Part shown: piece after piece, positions 38,515-46,562 of the stretch
How the letters are laid out: each line of letters opens with the position of its first letter
Numbering within the stretch: position 1 is the stretch's first letter
Origin: Candidatus Aminicenantes bacterium
Lineage (GTDB): Bacteria > Acidobacteriota > Aminicenantia > Aminicenantales > Saccharicenantaceae
Reading direction: 5' to 3'
DNA: 64,000 nt
Assembly (NCBI GenBank): GCA_013178315.1
Contig: JABLWX010000002.1
Location: 232-64,231, forward strand
The notes under the pieces: generated by a model
The model's database searches: none
Told to the model about the DNA's origin: nothing
The model's input: the letters and a program-made list of their open reading frames with translations, nothing else
Position numbers and translations under genes: made by a program

Positions 38515-39180
38515 TTACTTTTTCGGGTAGCCCACGGTCTGGGCCAGCATGATTTTCTGCTCCGGCCGGAGCTTCATGGCTTTGGCCAGCTCTTCCCGGT
38601 TGAGGGAAGCCCTGACCACCGTGGCCAGCCCCTCGGAAGCGCAGAACAGGTACACGTTCTGTGAAATAAAGGCAGCGTGGGCCCCGGAATAAAACCTCTT
38701 GTCCTCGTCCGAACCGCGGGGAATGCGGGCATAGTCACCAACATAAATCAGGTTGACGGGAGCGATCTTGACAAAATCCTGGGTCCCGGAGAGGCCCCTG
38801 ATGTCCTCCTTGAGAACCTGGACCAGGGAGTGGTCCTTGGCTTCATAAAGGAAGAGCCCGTCGGCCGTGGCCACGTAGAGGTCGATGTTCTGCCAGTTGA
38901 CCGCAGAGGGTGCGGTTCTCTTCCCGGACTCCGGCCGGTTAATTCCGTAGGCTGCCCAGAGCAGGTTGGACAGGACCTGGGGTGAGAGCTTATCCGGGCT
39001 GAATTCCCGCTGGCTCTGCCGGAGCTTCAGGCATTCCATCAGCGGTTTCCCGCCCTCGAGTTGAGGGGGAGGCAGCTTGATGACCGTTGCCTCCTGGCCG
39101 GAAACGTTACCCCGCGAAAGGAAAAACCAGCTGGCCAGCAGAAGCAAAGATAACAGGGTCGTGGTCGTTCTCGATCTCAT
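38515..39180 (-). CDS. Secreted nitroreductase-family protein
   Basis: Start at ATG 39178-39180 with GGAGG RBS (the track ORF extends further upstream). Signal peptide 'TTTLLSLLLLASWFF'. Nitroreductase-like core 'LKLRQSQREFS...LLWAAYGINR'. Confidence 0.55.
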   Translation of the reverse strand: MRSRTTTTLLSLLLLASWFFLSRGNVSGQEATVIKLPPPQLEGGKPLMECLKLRQSQREFSPDKLSPQVLSNLLWAAYGINRPESGKRTAPSAVNWQNIDLYVATADGLFLYEAKDHSLVQVLKEDIRGLSGTQDFVKIAPVNLIYVGDYARIPRGSDEDKRFYSGAHAAFISQNVYLFCASEGLATVVRASLNREELAKAMKLRPEQKIMLAQTVGYPKK

Positions 39181-39439
39181 AAGTTCCTCCTGGTTGATAA
39201 ATTCTATCATCAACTCCGGCCGCCTTCCAAGCTCTTTTATCGATTGGGCCCGTTCCAATGAAAGACCCAAAGGAGCCGGGGGTGCTCCAGGTTGCCATCG
39301 GGCCCGGACGGGGTCTTCCCGGTTGCCATCCCTCTGCGTATCTACCACAGCTCTGGCTGAGCAGCCACCCGTGTTTTGACAAAACCCGCCCCCTGTGTTA
39401 TTAGAGAATTTCCGGAAATTAACTGACAGGAAAAAGAAA

Positions 39440-41212
39440 ATGGCCACGGCAGTTGAAAGATGGGTGGAAAAACAGGCGGAACTCCTTCAGCCCAAGACCG
39501 TTTACTGGTGCGACGGTTCTGAAGGCGAAGCCCGCCGCATCATCGAAATGGGCCTGCGGGAAGAAAAGATTGAACAGCACGACATCTTTCAGGAGCTCAA
39601 CCAGAAGCTCTGGCCCAAGGCTTACCTTCACCGCAGTCACCCGACCGATGTGGCCCGGACCGAGCAGCTGACCTTTGTCTGCCATTCCGATAAGGAGACC
39701 ACCGGGCCCAACAATAACTGGATGCACCCGGAGGAGGCCAAGAAGAAGCTGACCAAGCTGTCCCGGGGAGCCATGCGCGGCAAGACCATGTATGTTCTGC
39801 CGTACATGATGGGACATCCGGACTCGCCTTACGCTAAAGCCTGCATTCAGATAACCGATGTTTCCTACGTGGCCGTCAGCATGAGGATCATGACCAGGCT
39901 GGGCCGACACATTCTCGACAAGATCGGTAACTCGGAGAATTTTGTCAAGGGCATTCACACCGTCGGCGATCTGGACCCCAACAAGCGCTTCATCATGCAT
40001 TTCCCCGAAGAGAACCTGGTCTGGAGCGTGGGCTCCGGCTACGGCGGAAACGCCCTGCTGGGAAAAAAATGCTTTTCCCTGCGGATTGCTTCCTGGATGG
40101 GCCGCAAGTACGGCTGGCTGGCCGAGCACATGATGATCATCGGGGTGGAAGATCTTCACGGAAACATAACCTACATCGCCGGGGCTTTCCCCTCGGCCTG
40201 CGGCAAGACCAACTTCGCCATGCTGGAGTCGGCCCTGCCCGAGTACCGCATCTGGACCATCGGCGACGACATCGCCTGGCTGAACATCGGCCCCGACGGG
40301 CGACTGTATGCCATCAACCCGGAATTCGGATTCTTTGGAGTGGCCCCTGGCACTTCCATGAAGACCAACCCCAACATGATGCGCACCCTGCGCAACTCCA
40401 ATTACTATCCGACGCTTTTCACCAACGTCGGCCTGGACCTGGACACCATGTCTCCCTGGTGGGAAGGACTTGACGGGCCGGTGCCGGAGAACATGCTGGA
40501 CTGGCAGGGACGTCCCTGGAAGCCCGGGCAGGGCACGCCGGCCGCCCACCCAAATTCCAGGTTCACCGTGTCGGTCTACAATTGCCCGACCCTTTCCAGG
40601 GAATACGACAACCCCATGGGCGTGCCCATCTCGGCCATCCTGTTCGGAGGGCGTCGGACCAGGCTGATTCCTTTGATAACTGAAGCCTTTACCTGGGAGC
40701 ACGGGGTCTTCCTGGGGGCCAGGATGGGCTCGGAAACCACGGCCGCGGCTGCCGGCAAGGTCGGGGTCCTTCGCCGCGACCCGATGGCCATGCTGCCCTT
40801 CTGCGGCTATAACATGGGTGATTACTTCCGCCACTGGATTAACATGGGCCGGTTGATGAGTAAACCGCCTCGAATTTATTCCATCAACGCCTTCCGCCGC
40901 AACGAAAAGGGAGAATTCCTGTGGCCTGGCTTCGGCGAAAATATCCGCATTCTTAAATGGATAATAGAGAGGGTCAACGGCCGGGCCGGGGCCAAGGAGA
41001 CTCCTCTCGGGCTGATTCCGGAAAAGAAAGACCTGGACCTCAGCGGCTTGAACCTTCCTGACGAGAACCTGGAAGAACTTTTCCGGATTAACCCGAAAGA
41101 ATGGGGGGAGGAGCTGGCCGACATCAAGGACTTCCTGAAGAAATTCGGCCGGCACATGCCCTACGAAATCTGGCAGGAATATGACCGCCTGAAGAAGGGT
41201 CTTGGTTACTGA
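39440..41212 (+). CDS. pckG: Phosphoenolpyruvate carboxykinase (GTP)
   Basis: Conserved GTP-PEPCK blocks 'FPSACGKTN', 'GDDIAW', 'YFGVAPGTS'. About 590 aa. Confidence 0.9.
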   Translation: MATAVERWVEKQAELLQPKTVYWCDGSEGEARRIIEMGLREEKIEQHDIFQELNQKLWPKAYLHRSHPTDVARTEQLTFVCHSDKETTGPNNNWMHPEEAKKKLTKLSRGAMRGKTMYVLPYMMGHPDSPYAKACIQITDVSYVAVSMRIMTRLGRHILDKIGNSENFVKGIHTVGDLDPNKRFIMHFPEENLVWSVGSGYGGNALLGKKCFSLRIASWMGRKYGWLAEHMMIIGVEDLHGNITYIAGAFPSACGKTNFAMLESALPEYRIWTIGDDIAWLNIGPDGRLYAINPEFGFFGVAPGTSMKTNPNMMRTLRNSNYYPTLFTNVGLDLDTMSPWWEGLDGPVPENMLDWQGRPWKPGQGTPAAHPNSRFTVSVYNCPTLSREYDNPMGVPISAILFGGRRTRLIPLITEAFTWEHGVFLGARMGSETTAAAAGKVGVLRRDPMAMLPFCGYNMGDYFRHWINMGRLMSKPPRIYSINAFRRNEKGEFLWPGFGENIRILKWIIERVNGRAGAKETPLGLIPEKKDLDLSGLNLPDENLEELFRINPKEWGEELADIKDFLKKFGRHMPYEIWQEYDRLKKGLGY

Positions 41213-41286
41213 GCCGAGGTTGTATTTTCGGGCGGAATTTGATAATAATTTTAGCTGGAAATTTTAGCATTTGATGAGGCCCAGCA

Positions 41287-42324
41287 ATCGTTACCATTAA
41301 AGACATAGCCAGGAAGGCCCGGGTTTCGATCGGCACGGTGGACCGGGTTCTGCACAACCGGGGCCGGGTCCATCCCGAAACGGAGAAGAAAGTCCGCCGG
41401 GTTCTCAAGGAACTCAATTACCGGACCAACATCTTCGCCAAGCACCTGAAGATGGGCCGGGTGTTCAATTTCAGCGTCCTGATGCCCAGGCCACAGCAGG
41501 ATAGCTACTACTGGCTGCTGCCCTACCGGGGCATCCAGAAAGCCCAGGAAGAGCTCCAGTCCCACAAGGTGCGGGTGAACTTCTTCTTTTTTGACCGCTA
41601 CGATGAAAAATCTGTTCTCAACACCGGCCGGAGGTTGCTGAGAACCAACCCTGATGGAGTGCTGGCGGCCCCGGTACTGCCCGAAGGCTTCAACCGGTTC
41701 ATGGCCGACCTGCCTTCCGAACTCCCCTTGGTTTTCTTTGATTCATACCTACCCGGAGTAAAACCCCTGGCCTTTATCGGGCAGGATGCCGTCCGGAGCG
41801 GCTTGCTGGCCAGCCGGTTGATGTGTCAGACGGTTCACCGCGGCGATGGCCTGGTGGCCGTTATTAAAATTCTTCCTGAGGACTATCACATTGCCGGCCG
41901 GATCGAGGGCTTTCTCCAGGGCAGCCGGGACTGGTCGGGTTTAAGGACGGAGACCCTGGACCTGGTCGGAAGCTGGACGGCGGCCGAGACCGCCAGATAC
42001 CTGGAAGCCTTCTACCGGAAGCATCGGGACCTGGCCGGGATTTTTGTGACCAACGCCATGACCCACAAGGTGGCCGAGTGGTGGAAGGGGAATTCCGGGA
42101 AGGACAAGATCATCCTGATCGGCTATGACCCCATTCCCAAGAACGTGGCCCTGCTAAAGGTCGGGGCCATTGATTTTCTGATCAGCCAGCAGTCGGAACG
42201 CCAGGGCTACGAGGGCATCTATGCCCTGTTCCGCAGGGTTGTCCTTGGCGAAGAGGTCAGAAACAAGATCATGACCCAGATTGATATCATCACCGCCGAC
42301 AACGTTGACTATTACCAGAGTTAA
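41287..42324 (+). CDS. LacI-family transcriptional regulator (start codon ambiguous; possible 5' frameshift)
   Basis: HTH 'VTIKDIARKARVSIGTVDRVLHN' and periplasmic-binding-protein-like core. The in-frame region between stop 41275-41277 and the HTH has no ATG/GTG/TTG. An ATG at 41274 is in another frame. Confidence 0.7.
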   Translation: MVTIKDIARKARVSIGTVDRVLHNRGRVHPETEKKVRRVLKELNYRTNIFAKHLKMGRVFNFSVLMPRPQQDSYYWLLPYRGIQKAQEELQSHKVRVNFFFFDRYDEKSVLNTGRRLLRTNPDGVLAAPVLPEGFNRFMADLPSELPLVFFDSYLPGVKPLAFIGQDAVRSGLLASRLMCQTVHRGDGLVAVIKILPEDYHIAGRIEGFLQGSRDWSGLRTETLDLVGSWTAAETARYLEAFYRKHRDLAGIFVTNAMTHKVAEWWKGNSGKDKIILIGYDPIPKNVALLKVGAIDFLISQQSERQGYEGIYALFRRVVLGEEVRNKIMTQIDIITADNVDYYQS

Positions 42325-42349
42325 TTGAAGGTTGGGAGGAGAGAGCAAG

Positions 42350-43033
42350 ATGGACAGGGAAAAGCCGGTACTGAACGTCAAATCTCTCAAAGAGCAGGTC
42401 TACGATTTTCTGAGGGAGCAGATGCGCCGGGGGGAAATCCTGCCCGGCTCGGTTATCGACCTGGAGGAGACTTCGCAGAGATTGGGAGTAAGCCGCACGC
42501 CGTTGCGGGATGCCCTGCTGCAGCTGGAAACCGAGGATTTCGTCACCATCCTGCCCCGCCGCAAGGTGGTGGTCAACGTCCTGACAGCCCGGGATATAAA
42601 AAATTACTACGAAATAATCGGGGCCCTGGAGAGCATTGCCATCCTCAAGGCAGCGGCCCGGCTGCAGCCGGCTGACCTGGAGCACATGGAGCAGCTTAAC
42701 CAGGAAATGAAACAGGCCATCGAAGCTGATGACTTCGACCTCTATTATGAAAAAAACCTGGCCTTCCATAATGTCTATCTTGAGGCCTGCGGCAACGACA
42801 AGCTGATGAAGATAGTTAACAGCCTGAAAAAAAGGCTCTATGATTTTCCCCGGCCGAGCGGTTTCGTCAAGGAGTGGGAGCAGTCTTCCACCGGTGAGCA
42901 TGCCAGGTTGATTGAATACCTGCGCCGCGGCCAGAAGGAAGAAGCGGCCAGGTACGTCCGCGACGTTCACTGGTCATACGAGGTCCAGGAAAAATTCATT
43001 GTCCAGTATTACCGGCATATTTCCAATCCCTGA
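42350..43033 (+). CDS. GntR-family (FadR/FCD subfamily) transcriptional regulator
   Basis: wHTH 'LPGSVIDLEETSQRLGVSRTPLRDAL' plus an all-helical FCD-like C-terminal domain. GGAGGAGAG RBS before ATG 42350. Confidence 0.8.
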   Translation: MDREKPVLNVKSLKEQVYDFLREQMRRGEILPGSVIDLEETSQRLGVSRTPLRDALLQLETEDFVTILPRRKVVVNVLTARDIKNYYEIIGALESIAILKAAARLQPADLEHMEQLNQEMKQAIEADDFDLYYEKNLAFHNVYLEACGNDKLMKIVNSLKKRLYDFPRPSGFVKEWEQSSTGEHARLIEYLRRGQKEEAARYVRDVHWSYEVQEKFIVQYYRHISNP

Positions 43034-43066
43034 AGCCGGTGGCAGGCGGCCGCTTACCGCTATGAT

Positions 43067-43399
43067 TTACGGCTTGAAGATGAAGTAGGCGGCCAGAACC
43101 ATCAGGGAAAAACCCACCAGGTAATTCCAGCGGAAATCTTCCCTCAGGTAGAGTACTGAAAAGAAGGAAAAGACGGTGAGGGTCACCACTTCCTGGATGG
43201 TTTTCAGCTGGGCGGCATTCAGCCGTCCGTAGCCCAGGCGGTTGGCCGGAACCTGGAAGCAGTATTCAAGGAAGGCGATCAGCCAGCTCAGGACGATGGC
43301 TTTCCAGAGCGGCAGGCTCTTGAATTTAAGGTGACCGTACCAGGCGAAGGTCATAAAGATGTTGGAGACCACCAGCAGGCCAACCGTTATCCAGGGCAT
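43067..43399 (-). CDS. Small DMT-superfamily membrane protein (DUF486-like)
   Basis: 110 aa, four helices, W/Y-rich. Confidence 0.5.
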   Translation of the reverse strand: MPWITVGLLVVSNIFMTFAWYGHLKFKSLPLWKAIVLSWLIAFLEYCFQVPANRLGYGRLNAAQLKTIQEVVTLTVFSFFSVLYLREDFRWNYLVGFSLMVLAAYFIFKP

Positions 43400-43647
43400 A
43401 TCCGGTCCTCAACGGGTAAAATTAGCCAATAATGATAGCCCCCTTTTTTCTTTTGTCAATAGCTGTTGAGATGGACAGGGCCGTTAATTTGGTTCGCCGT
43501 TATAACCTGGTCCGTCTTCAGGCTGCCTGGAGGATGGGGGAAACCGCATGAAGCGGCAGGCTGTTGTTAGCTACCCCGGGCTTTGAGCGGTATTCAAATT
43601 AAGAAAATGAGAACAGAAACGAGCCTGCCCGCCCTGGCCCCGGCTGC

Positions 43648-46398
43648 CTACAGGTTGAAGCGGTAGGTGAACTTGACCAGAAAGACATTATCCCCGGGGG
43701 CGGTGAACAGGTCGCCCAGGTCCCGGCCCAGGGAGAAATCTCCGGGGTTGGCATAGTCGGCCCGGTTCTGGGTCCAGACCAGGTAGAGCAGTGAACCCAG
43801 CCGGTATTCCCAGCGCAGGACGACCGTGCCCCGCAACGATTTATAATTGAAATCAGGGTTGTAGATGGAAAAGTCTGCGGCCGGTCCGCTGCCGTCCGGG
43901 TCGAGCCTGTAAAAACCGTCCTGGTATTCTATGGTCGAGGAGCCTTGGCCGAACACCAGGTAGTCATAAGTCCGGGGCAGGTTCAGTTGCTTGAACCGGT
44001 CATAGCGGCCAACGGCAATGTAGGGCTGAAGATAGACCTGCAGGCTTAACCTGGGGGTGAAGATCCAGTTGAGCCGAAGTTCGGCTGCGACCACGGTCTG
44101 GTCAATCCGGCCGAATATGTACCGGCGTCCGTAGGTGGCACTCATCAGGGGGTCGGCCACCGAGGTCAGCCACTGGGTTTCGTTGGTGTCCTGGCCGACC
44201 GTCGGTCCAAAGGACAGGTTGAAGTTGGGCCGGGGTTTCCAGCGCAGCCCGAAGCTCAGGTTCCATTGTTCCTGTTTATTCCTGGTCTGCCCGTGGTATC
44301 CGGTCCCGTAAAAGACAAAGCGCCGGCGCGAGTCGGTTTCCAGGCTAAGCTGGGCCAGGTAGCCGGGTGGAATCAGGGCCAGGGGACCGCCCCTGGTCAG
44401 AGTGTTGCTGTAGGCTTCGGGGTAATAAATAAAAGTTCCGTCCACTGTCCACCAGTTGCGGAAAACTCCCTGCATGTTGAGCAGCCAGCCCTCGAAGGTC
44501 TTGTTCCAGCCGAAGTCGTGGTTCTGTTCCAGCCCGCCGATTACCAGAGCCTGCCGGAATACCTTGCCAGGTTTGGTCCACATGTAACCGTACAGAGCCT
44601 GGAAGTTTATCCGGTCAGAAATGCTTCTCTGGTAGCCGGCCTCGTTGGGGTCAAACCCGGGGCTGAGCACTCCGCCAGAAAGGTAGACGATGGAGTGGCC
44701 CTGTTGCTTGGCCAGGGTGATTTTGCCGCCCAGCCCGGCCAGGCTGGTGGCTTCCGGGTCCAGGCTGACATGGGTGGCATCCGGCCGCTGGAAGTAATGA
44801 ATTGAGGAGCGTTGAATGCGGTATATGGCAGTTTCGCTGCCGCTGAGAAAAGTCCCGCCGGCCCAGCCGCCCAGAACCCAGTTCCTTTTCTTGTCGAGAA
44901 AAGCCCAGCCGTCAACGGCCAGGCTGAACGATTCTCCGGCCAGCAGGGACTTCAGGCTGTCTTCTCTCAAGTCCCTGATAACCGAGGTCAGGAGGAACCC
45001 GAGCCCCTGTTGCCCGCGGTTGAATTCCTTCTGGCCGCGGAAGATTCCATAATAGGTAAAGGGAGCCACCTCGTCCCGGTAGCGGGTGGTCAGGTCGTCG
45101 ACCGTGGCAAATTCCCTGGCGGTGACGGCATTGATTATCCCGAGGTTCCAGCCGCCGCCCAGTTTTCCCGTTAACTTGAAGGCCCCGATGATGGTGGACC
45201 GGTCGGGAAAGCTGACGAAACCGTCATGCTGGGGATAGCCCTGAGGTTCCCGCCCGATGCGCCGGCTGTAGAATAACCTGGGATTGGGCCAGTTCAGGTC
45301 AGCGTTGATGTAAATTCCTCCCCGTCCAAAGTTGCTGAAAATGGATGAACCTTCGATAAAAAAGGGCCGTTTTTCTTCGTAGTATGTCTCGTAAGCAGTC
45401 AGGTTGATGACCGCCGGGTCCACCTCCACCTGACCGAAATCGGGGTTGATGGTCAGGTCCAGGTTGAGATTGCTTTTTAAGCCGGCCTTAAGGTCCAGGC
45501 CGAGGTTGCCCTGGTATTTATGCCCGGTTTCGAAGGGATTTCCGGGTTCAGCCGGACGGAAGCGGGCCTGCCCCACGGAGTAGGGGAAAACCTCCACCCG
45601 GCGCCCTGGCTTGATGTTCTCGATACCTTCCAGCCTGGCAAAACGGGAAACAAAGGCGTTATCTTCCTTGGGCACCCAGGCGAAAGACACCTTCTCATTC
45701 TTCCGCTTGATAATCCTCTGGAAGTTTATCCCCCAGACCTGCTTTTCCTGGCGAGGGAAGCGGAGCTGGTTAAAGGGAATCCGCATCTCCAGGGACCAGC
45801 CCCCGGCGGTTATCCGGGTCCTGGCTTCCCAGACCCCGTCCCAGCTCTTGTCCTCGCTGATATCGTTGTAAAGGGCCTTGTCGATGATGGAGCCGGAAGG
45901 GTTTACCCAGAAAGCATAGCCGCTGCGCCGGTCTAAGTAAGGGTCCAGGCACAAGATAAACCAGTCGGAATCCACCGAGTAGTCGCGGCGACCGAGCTGA
46001 CCGATTATGCCCTTCGGGTCCGAATCGTGACAGAAGGCGGCCACGTAGAGGTTGGCGCTGTCGTAGAAAACCCAGACCCGGGTTTTTTCGCTGGCCGGAG
46101 CTCCATCCACAGGGTCGGTCTGGATAAAGCCCTCGCTGGCCGGCTGCTCGTAAAGGCTTTCATTGAGCAGACCGTCCAGCTCAAAATCTCCGCTCAGGCG
46201 AAAGGCCCGGACCACCTTGTTCTCCTGGGCTTTCTTCAGGGCTTCCTTATCCGGGGCGGGCTGGCCGGCCTGTTGGCCAAAGCCTGGTCCGGAGAAAATA
46301 ACCAGAAATAAAAATGAAAAAGCAAGTGAAGAAAAAATAAAGAGGCCAGTTCTGAGGCGAAACATGTGGAGGTTCCTCCCTATAAATCCTCCCTTCAA
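43648..46398 (-). CDS. DUF5916 / CBM9-like domain protein (secreted), paralog of 5807..8020
   Basis: The blocks 'FELDGLLNESLYEQ...VWVFYDSANLYVAAFCHD' and 'WSLEMRIPFNQLRF' mirror the 5807 gene. Confidence 0.65.
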   Translation of the reverse strand: MKGGFIGRNLHMFRLRTGLFIFSSLAFSFLFLVIFSGPGFGQQAGQPAPDKEALKKAQENKVVRAFRLSGDFELDGLLNESLYEQPASEGFIQTDPVDGAPASEKTRVWVFYDSANLYVAAFCHDSDPKGIIGQLGRRDYSVDSDWFILCLDPYLDRRSGYAFWVNPSGSIIDKALYNDISEDKSWDGVWEARTRITAGGWSLEMRIPFNQLRFPRQEKQVWGINFQRIIKRKNEKVSFAWVPKEDNAFVSRFARLEGIENIKPGRRVEVFPYSVGQARFRPAEPGNPFETGHKYQGNLGLDLKAGLKSNLNLDLTINPDFGQVEVDPAVINLTAYETYYEEKRPFFIEGSSIFSNFGRGGIYINADLNWPNPRLFYSRRIGREPQGYPQHDGFVSFPDRSTIIGAFKLTGKLGGGWNLGIINAVTAREFATVDDLTTRYRDEVAPFTYYGIFRGQKEFNRGQQGLGFLLTSVIRDLREDSLKSLLAGESFSLAVDGWAFLDKKRNWVLGGWAGGTFLSGSETAIYRIQRSSIHYFQRPDATHVSLDPEATSLAGLGGKITLAKQQGHSIVYLSGGVLSPGFDPNEAGYQRSISDRINFQALYGYMWTKPGKVFRQALVIGGLEQNHDFGWNKTFEGWLLNMQGVFRNWWTVDGTFIYYPEAYSNTLTRGGPLALIPPGYLAQLSLETDSRRRFVFYGTGYHGQTRNKQEQWNLSFGLRWKPRPNFNLSFGPTVGQDTNETQWLTSVADPLMSATYGRRYIFGRIDQTVVAAELRLNWIFTPRLSLQVYLQPYIAVGRYDRFKQLNLPRTYDYLVFGQGSSTIEYQDGFYRLDPDGSGPAADFSIYNPDFNYKSLRGTVVLRWEYRLGSLLYLVWTQNRADYANPGDFSLGRDLGDLFTAPGDNVFLVKFTYRFNL

Positions 46399-46562
46399 TT
46401 TTTTAAGTCGTAATTATACTCAGATGTTTGAAAAAAATCTCGGCAGGAAAATATTTTTTTTGCCGGGATGGAATCTGGCTACAGTCCAGGTCCACGGCCG
46501 CGATAAATAGAGGCAGACTGGTCGGCCGGCCAGCGGCAGGCCAGGATTCGTACCCGGGTGCA

